Under the pieces are notes generated by a model. The model was not told the DNA's origin, ran no database searches, and worked only from the letters and a program-made list of their open reading frames with translations. From Vezdaea acicularis (Eukaryota), in contig JAPEUI010000023.1 of NCBI GenBank assembly GCA_026025075.1, positions 124,001 to 188,000 on the forward strand: DNA of 64,000 nt. The letters run 5' to 3'. Both the position numbers and the translations under genes were made by a program. Shown piece after piece: positions 1 through 12,525 of the stretch. Numbering within the stretch: position 1 is the first letter of the stretch; each line of letters starts with the position of its first letter.

Positions 1-632
1 ATGTGGATTCGCCGTGATTTGAGCCATCGCTGCATTTCCAGAGGTCGAAGTAGAAGCAGTCTGCGTGCTCGATCCCTTGCCCGAAGCGGCCGTTCCAGTG
101 GTAGTAGTTCCCATCTTGGTAGAAGTGGAGCTCGAGTCTGTTGTGGTGGTGGTGGCCGCCGCAGAGTGTGTCTGACTGGCCGCAGCGCCATCGGTAACGA
201 TAATGGGGCTGAGGGAGACGTCTGTTGCACCGTAGGTTGCTACAGTTGCACCAGAGAAGTTGGCGCCGGGACCTCCGAAGGACTCGGAGCAGACGGCTGT
301 GGTGGTACCGCCAATAGAGCAATCGATGGTGCCTGAGAAATCTGGGATGCTAATCGCGTAGTGAATTGTAGAAGGATTTGCAGTGACCGTGACGGCGTAA
401 GGGTAGCCGCATTGGTCTCTGGAAACGCTGGGAGCACATGAAATGGCATATGCGGTTTCTTTTGGACCCTAATGGCGCTCTAGTCAGTAAAGATGAAGGC
501 TTCAGAAAGCGGCCATGGACGCACGGAGCTAATTATGGAAGCAACCAAATTCTGGGGATCGGTGTCCGGCAAGAAGAGTGACACGGTACTTTGCGCCAAG
601 CTAAGGCCAATTAAAACGGTGATTGCGAACAT
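1..632 (-). CDS. Secreted, Ser/Thr-rich, probably GPI-anchored cell-wall protein (3' end outside the window)
   Basis: ATG at 632 gives signal peptide MFAITVLIGLSLAQSTVSLFLP. Intron 524-469 (GTGCGT...CTGAC...TAG). Exon 2 reads GPKETAYAISC...C..IDCSIGGTTTAVCSESFGGPGANF, then a Thr/Ser tract and SGNAAMAQIT. Confidence 0.8.
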
Positions 633-2770
633 TATCTTGAGCAATTCAGAACTTCTAGATTGTTTTGAATTTGGTAGGACCAGCATATCAGAACACGTTG
701 AGGAGCTGGGTGCCCTCAAACCTTATAAAGAAAGAAGTAAAAGACAGACAGTGTCAAACGACGGTGGGAAAGCACGGACAGTGCTTCAAGGAAGTACGAG
801 TTGAAGAAAGGAACAGCCGTTTTCCTACGAGCCATGGAGAGTTTTATGTTCACATTACGGTCTAGGCTCCGTAAGCACGCCCAGACACTGAAACACGCTG
901 AAGTGACAAAGCGCCAACTTTCGATGAGAACCGAGGTTGCCCCTTGATTAGTGCCAGATCTCTCGCGTGGGTGGCGGAGCGGTGGATCCACAGTGAGTAG
1001 CGCGAGGAACGGCCAATGAGGTGAACAACTGGCTCTTTTTGGTGTAATGTCCTTTTAGCCTGTAAATTTCTAGGACTCTGCAGGCCAATGTCTGCTGACA
1101 GGCTGGACAAGAATACATTTCATCGCGAGTAATCAGATTACATCCCTCGCGGAACGGCTATGTCAGTGCTACTGTTACAGCACAGATGTGATCGGTTTAC
1201 CAGGTCGTCACGATTCCTCCGTATCTTTGGATGACGTTCTGGCTTTTCCATCCCCAGAACCGATTTTCTTGCATGTCTTTGTTTTTGCGAACAGCTCGTG
1301 GCCTCTGGACTTTGGAGGTATTGCTTGGGCATAAGATGGCGATCGACTCGAAATACAACTTGCCTCAACCAGTATGAGATGGACTTGCTCAACTTTAAAT
1401 GCAGCTCGTCAATGCAGCCAATATAGAGCATGCGCTCTATACGCTAGGGACACATGCACGTTCAGCTTTGCCACTGGAAGATATCCAAGGGAAAGCGCTC
1501 TGAATATCATCCTCTCCCTGCTATGATAGTATCAAGTCCGTTACAAGGCCAGCAGGCTTCATAGATACGCGACCTATGAAGGTGGACGAATAGAGATATG
1601 CCCCTAGACGCAACGGCTCCCGGATTGATCTATCACCTCGCATTGTGGCCAAATTTGGGTATCCCATACATCTGGCTTTGGTCCCTGGTCTCAAACACTG
1701 CTTTATTTGCTTCTAGTTACATCATACTATGATTCATATGAATAGTCCAACCTGCTGCAACAAAATCCATCACACCTAGCGAGTAATGAATCAATCGTAT
1801 GTTTCTTTCCGCAATGATCCCTTTGAGATCTCTCGCCAACTAGTCCTGCGACCACGGTGCAGCATGACTGGAGAATGAGGCATTTAGTGCGCCTATCGTC
1901 TTAGTACTATCATCCTGCGAGAGCTCATTATCAGATGTATACGAGCATTTGTACTCCGGTCTCAGAGTCACTTGACCGATACAAAAGATATTGCGTTCGA
2001 TATAAGATGTTGCCGTTCATTCTGTTGAAACTTCATCAGGTTCCTTTATTAGTTCATGCCATTCACGACTTCCTTTACAGGTACTTTTCAAGCATACACC
2101 TCTTCTCTTCTGCTCCTACTCTTAAGGTGCATCAATGCTGTTCTTCAGTCCCCAAACTTGCCCAACCCGTTACATCTAGGGAACTTCAGCTTCACAGTCT
2201 TGAGAATAAAGGCAAAAAACCGCAAATCTGGTTTTGAACGTTCTCTTGGACAATCAAATCTTTGGTTTCACATTCAAGCTTACAGCTGATGCTGGGCGCA
2301 CCGTACTCGTAGGCGTTCAGGATACCACGAATTACTAGTCTACATATGAACCATCCGTAGAGTAAGAGCTAGGCACCACTTTCATCTGCAAGTCTAGCAT
2401 TAATAGTCCATGATGGAAGACGGTCTCGCAAAAGCAAAGCAGTGCTTGCGTAACATGCGTCTGATGTTGCTCGAAGCTAGAATGTGGCTGTACCGAGAGT
2501 GCCTCACAATGGAAGAAATATGTTAAATTGCCCGTTCGGAGCAATGAACCGTGTAAATAGCGTGATTGGCTGGTCTCAAACTGCTGTGTAACGTGAACCA
2601 GCCTCGTCGCTATCTCTATGCAAACTCGAGCGGGGGTCGGCTGAACTCTGCCAACGTCCCAACCTCTCAAGTCTCAACTCACTTCTTTACTCTTAAAAGT
2701 ACTCAATTGCTTCATCGAAGCCCTGCGACGTCCTATAACATATTCATAAAGCTATAACAAATATCAAATC

Positions 2771-3459
2771 ATGTCTATCCTCTCAGCTCTTTTCGATTGC
2801 TTCTCCCAGCCTCTAAACGGGGTTAGCACCCGCGCCGGTTCATCAACTAGCGAAAAAAAGCTCGGCCTATACGACCACACCCACAGCAATGCCGAACCTT
2901 ATAGTGATGAAAAGCGGCCAGAGGAATTTAGGGCTGAAAAAGTTGCCACAGATGTGCTTTTCACCCTCCAGTCTGCTGAGAAGCCTGGTGTCGAGCTCCA
3001 GCAGTCTATAACCGGGATTGTGCACCAAGCTGGCGGATGGGACGAATGGATTGCGAAAGCCATCCTCAATGCCTTGACAAATGTGCTCAGAGCCGCAGAA
3101 AGGCTAGGCCCAGTATTGCAAGATACTTACGACAGAGCATGTGAGGAGGCAAAGAAGATCCCGGGGATTGTAAGGGACCACCCTTACTGGTCTATAGTGG
3201 TTGCATTGGGCATTCTTGCGATTCTGACGCCGTTGGTGATTTATGCTCTTGGATTCACTGCCGAGGGAGTTTTGGCAGGTAAATTTATAACCATGAAGGC
3301 CTTGAACAGTAGCTAACAATCACAGGTTCCTGGGCAGCAGCTTGGCAGTCCACTTACGGAGGCTTCGTTGAAGCGGGGTCTTTGTTCTCCTACTTGCAGA
3401 AGCTGGGAACGCTCTTATGGTATACTAGTATAACGGCTACAAGGCATAGTATATCCTAA
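2771..3459 (+). CDS. Membrane protein with a C-terminal IFI6/IFI27 (6-16)-like domain
   Basis: ORF 2771-3278, intron GTAAAT...CTAAC...CAG (3279-3326), exon 2 to TAA at 3459. Spliced C-terminus ALGFTAEGVLAGSWAAAWQSTYGGFVEAGSLFSYLQKLG resembles the GF..G...GS.AA..QS...G.V..GSLFS.LQ pattern. Confidence 0.75.
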
Positions 3460-4315
3460 AGGTGATGAGAATATAGACGCAGGACAGGTAAATTATGCTA
3501 GGTGAAAGACAATGAAAGGTAGTTCGTGTGCAGCATCTTGAATATGGGTCTGGCACGGCTCAACATGCAGTCAAACTCCTTAGAAGCCGGCACCTCTCTC
3601 GTCGCGGGAAATTTTAGATTAGAGCGGCTGTGAATTTAGCTGAGATATGTAGCGTTGAAACTTTGATTTAAGTCACTCACGCATCTCACACAATATCTCA
3701 GAGCCTTTTCAGCCTGTGACCACGCACCACCTCTTAGTATCGCCCTTGTAATTGTCGCTACGTTCTGGAAATCCAATATCGCAGCAGTCGAGTTCTTTTG
3801 TTCTCGAAGAAGTGATTTCACTGTTCCGAATTTCTAGCGTGTGAACATACGATGCCACCTGAGTTGGAAAATGATCCTCTGAGGCGCTTTCCTTTAGTTT
3901 TTGGTGAGATTAACCACTCAGATGTTTTCAAAAGGAACTCGCTGTTATACGCGTCACTCATGGAGATGGACTTCAGGGGGCGTCAGAACTCTAGGACATA
4001 TTAGCTTCTCTGGGTCTGCTGTAGAAGTAATTCGAAAATACTTACCCGTCTGTCACAGGTGGAAAGCCACTGCCCAGCAGGACATTATGCTGATCAAGCC
4101 TAGTCTATCCAACATAGGATTAAATGTCGACAGTTCAAGCTATGAGTTCAACGTCTGCCCAAGTTGGGAGAAAGCGCATTTCGGGTAGTAATGAGCCTGT
4201 GCAATTAGCCTTGTGGTTTGTTAAGTTGTATATGAACGATTGGGCACATTACTGTCTTTTAAGACAATTGACTTCGCCTTCTAAAACATCCGAGCACTCG
4301 TTATTTAGTATCATA

Positions 4316-4398
4316 CAGCGGAGGGGGGACAAAAGTCTGAATACACCTTAGCCTCGCTTCACGCGCTGAAGTGTATTCAGACTTCTGCCTCCCTACTG
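4316..4398. mobile_element. ~83-bp MITE, Tc1/mariner (impala/mimp-like), copy 1
   Basis: TA|CAGCGGAGGGGGGACAAAAGTCTGAATACAC...GTGTATTCAGACTTCTGCCTCCCTACTG|TA: imperfect ~28-bp terminal inverted repeats with TA on both sides. Confidence 0.75.
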
Positions 4399-4804
4399 TA
4401 CGAACGATAAGAAGGTGAAGAAGGAATCCAAACTCCCAATAATTTTTTGTTCACATGTAATGATTGAAATCTACTAAACTATATGTGTAACGCATTTCAA
4501 AGATATAATGTCCTTAGAAGCAGAGGCTAGTGAGGAATGTTAGAAGATCTATGAGATGTACCTGACATTGACAACGTACCATTTTTTTGAACCAGTGGCC
4601 GCTTTTGTTGCTAGAATTGGAACTGTAGGCCATTTGGCACCTCTTTTAGTGGGTGACACGCTTGCAGGTGGAGCGGAAGCTCCTAAAAGACCTCAGGGTG
4701 ACTAGTTCTCTTGGAACTGTAGGCTTTGTTCTTAGATCCTAAGAACAAACACAAAGGAGACATCTGAGTTGAGATCCTAGCTCGGGAGGTCGGTGGCTTT
4801 GTTA

Positions 4805-4885
4805 AAGTGGGGAGGCCAGAAATCTGAATACACTTCGACGCGTGAAGCGAGGCCAAGGTGTATTCAGACTTTTGTTCCCCTACTG
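4805..4885. mobile_element. ~81-bp MITE, copy 2, inverted relative to copy 1
   Basis: TA|AAGTGGGGAGGCCAGAAATCTGAATACAC...GTGTATTCAGACTTTTGTTCCCCTACTG|TA. Its reverse complement matches copy 1, including the internal spacer GCCTCGCTTCACGCG. Confidence 0.75.
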
Positions 4886-4887
4886 TA

Positions 4888-5490
4888 GCAGAGATCAGAA
4901 TAATCTAGACCACCAGCCGTCTGCGCTCCTACGGTAGAGTCGATGAGAGCAGTATTGTTGAAAGATTCAGCCACTGTGGTAAGATTGTATAGCAGAGGAC
5001 TGGGAAGCTGATCGATGGTGAAGAGCAGGCCGCCTTTGAAGGTGAGCTTACCCTCTATGATCACACTTTCGGCAGGATGGCCAGATTATCTTAGGGGTAA
5101 GCTCGTATTCGCTCGGAGAATCCCGCATATTGGTGGGGATTGTTAGTACCGTGGCTGAATCACTGCCTTCTTGTACAGCCTCCTTGATTGCGCCCCCTGG
5201 TATAGCCCTGGTCTCCAAGCAAATGAGCATGTATGAATAATAGAATGAGCTGACTGAGCTGTAACAGCGGGTTAGGTAGGTGTCGTATAGGTAGGTGTGG
5301 AGTAAGATCTGGCGAATCTTTGATAGGTCTGCGAAAGTATCTTGGCCAACAGTGGTGTTGGTGAAGGCCAAAAATGCCTCGTCTTTTGGCGTTAGCAAGT
5401 CGTGTTCTTTGTACGTAGCATATTGCAACTGGACTGTAATGTTTTAATCGAGAAACGCCGTCATGCTGCTGAGGTTGAAATCGAGCTCAT
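4888..5490 (-). pseudogene. Degraded fasciclin (FAS1)-domain gene
   Basis: Fragments in different frames: NLSSMTAFLD*, LLTPKDEAFLAF (resembles T.LAP.DEAF), IRQILLH, and IIEGKLTFKGGLLFTIDQL..PLLYNLTTVAESFN (resembles DL.F.GG..H.ID.VL). Contains an in-frame stop and a frameshift and is cut by MITE copy 2. Confidence 0.55.
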
Positions 5491-6723
5491 AACATCCACA
5501 ATACTCGGTGTATACTGGGCGCATACTTAGTGTAGCCACCCAGAGAATGACTAAATAGTTCAATAAAACGCAACTAAAAAGAGGAATCAAAGACCATACT
5601 CAAAATAGTAAAGTGAAATTCCTACAGCCAAGCTCCTCAGCTAGGTTACAGGAGAGAACAATTTATTTTTTACTCTCGAGATGGAGCAACAATCTCATAG
5701 AAGGATAGGCGCTATGAAAATGACAACAATGAAACTGGTAAAGAGTATCGGCAAGTCCAGTGTCCTCTCGGCCGCAGAGGATACCAAAAGTATCGCAGAC
5801 CTGGAAATAGTATTGAGCCCATTCTTGCTCAACGCGGATTTCTTAGTGATTGAACAATACGATTTGATACGATCAATCGCATATCAATGATTGAGTGGTT
5901 GCCCAAGTGACCATTCTTTGAATGGTTAAGAATTCCCGGCGCCTTCAAGCAGCTCGATCAAGCCCAAGCGTTGAAAAATGCCCCCCCCCCCCCTTGTTTA
6001 ACATGTCGGCATCTTAGGACAGATGGCGGAGCCAAGAGGCAGTGAATTCCCAATGAATGGCTCCAACTCCGTCAGACATGGTCAGCATCTGCGATAGATC
6101 AGAAGGACTATAGCACGGTTGTCCTGGGTCTTATCGAGCCGGCAAACGATCGAAAATCGAAGGGAAAAGCAAGAAGGTTTTCAAAAGGTAGAGCTGAAGA
6201 TAAATCCGAAATCTATCCTGTTAAGAGGCGTCGGAAATCTCCATCAGTGAGATTTTCGCGCACACAGCCTCGATCTGATACAGTCATCTGGAACATTGCC
6301 GTGATCCCAATCTAAGAAATGCTTTTTCGAAATGGATACGAAAAGGCATGGAGAACCTTATTCCCTAGTGATTACCCCGCCTTCCCCTGAACGGTCTAGG
6401 CCTTTGTAACCATAGCTACTGTCCGTAGTAGCCCAGCCCACTGAAGCTCGGCAAACGCTCTGCCCCTCCTTTTTAGCCCGCGGGGGGGAGAACCTACCTT
6501 TCTGGGCGCATTCTCGATGGCGTGATCCCCTGTGAAGCTGACGCATACGCTTTGATTCAAAGCTATTTGCAGTCATGATAGAGACATTTAAAACATATAT
6601 CTATATCGCGTTACAGCCGGATTGAAGGTCACCCAGCGGACAATTGTATAAAGTCAACTGTTTCACCCCCACCTCTGAGTTCTCAGACACCACCAATCTT
6701 AGATCCATAACTCTATAAGCATC

Positions 6724-8311
<1,588 letters not shown>

Positions 8312-8668
8312 ATGGATGAAAAGGACATATCGAGGGCCTGAATTTATATTCGTTGCCCAAAAGGCATGTGCTGTGCTTTGAAAAGCTTGAGATCCAAATA
8401 GGAGAGTATCTACCTTCACGTTGTCAGGCAGAGCAAGCGAAACTTCAGGGAATAAACCTTCCTATATCAGAGTACATAATCTAACAAACCGAGCTACGAG
8501 TTTTCAATCCTTAGTTTAGATATGAAATAATCCCTTCGCAACTTTTTTACGGCCCCATCGAATGGCAGAAACATTGTCATTCCGCCCCCAACTAACGAGC
8601 AAATGCGTTGCGCGTGCAAGCTCTCAGAAGCGAATCGGAGCAAGTGTTCCTCCAAATGCGAGAATGTG

Positions 8669-8674
8669 CCGAGG
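8669..8674. promoter_or_regulatory. Possible FarA/FarB (Ctf1) fatty-acid response element CCGAGG
   Basis: CCGAGG about 310 nt upstream of a peroxisomal acyl-CoA synthetase ATG. It is only a 6-mer, so it could be chance. Confidence 0.35.
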
Positions 8675-8985
8675 CTTAAACGAGCGCCACCACCACTCCT
8701 CGCTCGTCCACATTGTCCACGAGGCACCCGAACAACGACGACGACAAGCTGTGCTTGAGATGAACCTCCCACCTTACTGCTGCACGTATCTGTTTGCGAT
8801 ACCGTGGGATTGTTGAATTTATGCATTGAATACCTTCTGCTCGTATACAGAAATACTCGGATTCAACAACGTCGATTTACTTTTCAGTTAGTCCGTTGAC
8901 CGGCGAGCTCTTCAATTACTCCATTCGCACCACCACCCTCTGCTAGGTATAAATACCACCTCCCCGAGTGCACCAGAAAGCAACA

Positions 8986-11319
8986 ATGGCACCCAGCATG
9001 CCCGACCACCTGGTCAAAGCGCACGAACTCCGCGTCCCTCCGCCGCTCGGCCAGCCCTACAGTATCCCGCTCCCTGGGACAGAGAGGGAGGGCCGAACAC
9101 CCGTATACCGGCACTGGCGCTGCAAGGACGGGTTGTTACGGACCTTAGATCCCAAGGTATTGCCCTCAACCCCTCTTATTCCCGAGATGGCACTTTGAGG
9201 CTTCAGATGGGCTAATGTGTACTTGGACAGATCACCACCGCACACCAGATGTTCGAACAGACCCTCGCGCGCCAGCCCAAATCCGCCTGTCTAGGCCATC
9301 GGCCCTACGATGCGGCGACAAAGACGTATGGGCCCTACGTATGGATAGATTACGCGGGTGTAGCGGAGCGCCGTACGAATTTCGGCGTCGGGCTCGTAGA
9401 GCTGCATCGCAGGCTGGGGAAGGGTGGGAAGTTCGGGGTGGGGCTTTGGTGCCAGAATCGGCCGGAGTGGCAGATTACTGGTGAGTTTCTTGTTCCCGCA
9501 CGTGGACTGATTGAGGGTCGATGGTGGGTTAAGGGCTGTGCTGACGCAGAGACTAGATCTGGCGTGTATGTCGCAATCGCTCTTCAGCGTCTCGATCTAC
9601 GACACTCTTGGCCCCGAAGCGGCGGAGTATATCATCAACCACGTGGGTCTGACATGCGTCGTCACGAGCCTGGCACATCTTCCCGTCCTCTTGAAGTTGA
9701 AGCCCAGGCTGCCGAGTTTGAAGATCGTCGTCTGCCTCGACTCGCTGGATGAAGGGGAACCGGCGGGGATGAGCAAGAAAGCGCTGCTTGGGTCTTGGGC
9801 GAATGATCTGGGTGTCGAGCTGTATGCCATCACGGAGGTGGAGGAGCTGGGCAAGGCTAATCCGAGACCGCTCAATCCGCCAACGCCGGAGGATATCATC
9901 ACTATCAACTACACCTCCGGCACGACTGGTAATCCGAAAGGCGTCGTTCTGCTTCACCGAATGGCCGTGGCGGCTGCATCATGTAGTCAATTCACCGTCC
10001 CCATTCAACCGGGCGATGTGGGCTGCTCCTATCTCCCGCTGGCGCACATCTACGAGCGAGTCGGCGAGCACTCTGGTCTCTGGGCCGGCGCACAGATCGG
10101 TTATTTCCACGGCAACATACTGGAGCTGGTCGATGATCTGAAGTTGCTGCGACCCCACAGCCTCAACTCGGTGCCGAGGCTCTACAACCGCTTCGGCAGC
10201 GCCATCCGCACGGCTACTGTTGACCAGCCGGGCGTGAGAGGCGCGATGAGTAGACACATCGTCAGCAGCAAGCTCGCCGCGCTCAATAACCCAACCCCGG
10301 GCAAAGCCACGAACAAGCACGCTCTCTATGACCGCATCTGGAGCCGCAAAGTAACCGCAGCCATGGGCCTCGACCGCACCCGACAGATGGTAACCGGGGC
10401 CGCACCGCTCGACCCAAGCCTCCACCAATTCCTCCGCGTCGTCTTCGCGAACAACTTCATCCAAGGCTTCGGGATGACGGAGACGTATTCGGTAGGATTA
10501 GGCCAGCTTGTGGGTGACTACACCGCAGGTAATTGCGGCGCCGTCGGTCCCGTTATGGAGGCGTGTCTGGAGGACGTGCCGGACATGGACTATCTCTCGA
10601 CGGACAAGCCGTATCCGCGCGGCGAGATGCTGGTGCGGGGGACGACGCTGTTCAAGGAGTACTACCGCAGCCCGGAGGAGACGGCCAAGGCGATCGACGC
10701 CGATGGCTGGTTCAGAACGGGTGATATCGCGAGTATTGACGAGATGGGCCGTTTCACGATCATCGATCGACGTAAGAACGTGCTGAAGCTTGCACATGGT
10801 GAGTATATATCTCCCGAGCGCATCGAGAACGTGTATCTGAGCAACTGCTCGTGGATGGCGGTCGCGTATGTTCATGGTGAGGGGATGCACTCGTTCCTCG
10901 TCGGGTTGTTTGGAGTTAATCCTGAGGTGTTCGCACCGTGGGCGGGGAAGATACTGGGGAAGACCATTGATCCGCTTGACGTGGAAGCTGTGAAGGCCGC
11001 GTGTAGAGATGGGAAGGTGAGGGAAGCAGCATGCCAGGAGCTAGAGAAGGTCGGTAAGAAGAACAAGTTCAATTCGTGGGAGAAGGTGAAGAAGGTAGAG
11101 TTGATGGTCGATCCGTTTACGATTGAGAACGAGCTTCTGACGCCCACGTAAGTCTTTATGGTGCTGGGTAGCTACGAGTTCAAGGAAAGGTATACTAACG
11201 CTTTGAGTAGGTTGAAGTTGAAACGGCCGCAAACCGCGAAGAAGTACAAGGGGATCATTGACAGGTTGTATGAGGAGGGCTTCGAGGATGGCAAGGGCAA
11301 GCCGATAGCGAAGCTATAG
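8986..11319 (+). CDS. Long-chain fatty acyl-CoA synthetase, peroxisomal (Faa2-like)
   Basis: YTSGTTGNPKG AMP-binding motif, SYLPLAHIYER, GFGMTET, GWFRTGDI, IIDRRKNVLKLAHGEYISPERIE. Three introns. The last exon ends ...PIAKL* (PTS1). Confidence 0.95.
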
Positions 11320-11548
11320 TTTGTCTTTTCGTCACATTAGTGTCATGGCGCTTATGTATCATAGGAAGCAAAGCACTAAAGCAAAATATAAGCAGAATGA
11401 AAAATGAAAGAGTTCTACAAATCGAAGAGCTCCCGGAACGTCCGAAGACAGAGCGAGTGATTCTTCATCACCTCAAACAAAAAGAAAGACTAAGAAGCAA
11501 TCCGGATTATACGGAAACCTCACGGGATGAAGAGTACCGCTGATTCGC

Positions 11549-12525
11549 TCAGTTCTCGAGCTCGCTGTCATACTTCTTCTTATCGCGCTTTTTTTGGTTT
11601 TCCTCCTTATTGCTGCTCTCAAGGTCTTGGAGGATAAGGGTTTCGTTAGAATAGGCCACAAACTGGTCGATCGCTTGGGCAAAATGAGGATTATCTATCT
11701 CACCAGATTTATTGGCTTTGTGCAGGTCTCCCATCATGTCGTCGAACCACTTTTCTTCTTCCTCTCGAGTGAGCGAATTTGGCTTTATCCATTGGTTGAC
11801 GGGGTCTCCGACAATACGTGGATCACGGGATCGATCAATCACGGATCCACTCTCAGCACCTACAAACAGTGATCATGTCAGCATCCAACCTCCTTAGTCC
11901 TTGCTCAGTCGTCAAAGGACAATATACACACCATCGCCGATAGGGCCAGTGTTTCCAACATCAGAGGTCCCCCCATCGCCCGGGAGCATTCTCATACGCT
12001 CAAGAGCATCCTCGTATGGCTTTAGCTGCTCGGCCTGGATTTTGAGAAGATCGGCCTGCTTGGCAGCCATAGCAAGAATGAGCTTATAAATGAGCGTTTT
12101 CGCACGGCGAAGGATGTCATCGGCAATGGCTTGAAAGGGAGCGGGGAGAGGAGGGAGCGGGAACATTCCATCGTAGCTGGCGTAACGGCGGAACTCCTGT
12201 AGCGTCAAGGGAGCGGAGACATCCTGGAGCTCTTCAGACGTATTGGTGGAAGCAGAGGGGTCATGGCGGGTCGCGATGTCAGCGGAGAATGAGGAGAAGT
12301 TGGGTGGCGGCACAGAAGGCAAAAACGAAATTTTGCAGGAGCGCCAGTCAGCATTCTCAGAAATGCGGGCAACCTCCTGCGTCACACGCTTATCATACTC
12401 GGCATTGGCGGCACCGATTATTTCTGAGTACTTCGCCTTGGCAATGCTCGTGACATTTCTCCTGTAAAACAATGTTAACGCATGTAATTGAGGTCTTTAG
12501 ATAACGTATGAGGACAATTGCCCAT
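11549..12525 (-). CDS. Hypothetical protein (start uncertain)
   Basis: ORFs 11912-12472 and 11549-11842 can be joined by an intron GTGTGT...CTGAC...TAG. A further acceptor lies at ~12463. No recognised domain. Confidence 0.55.
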
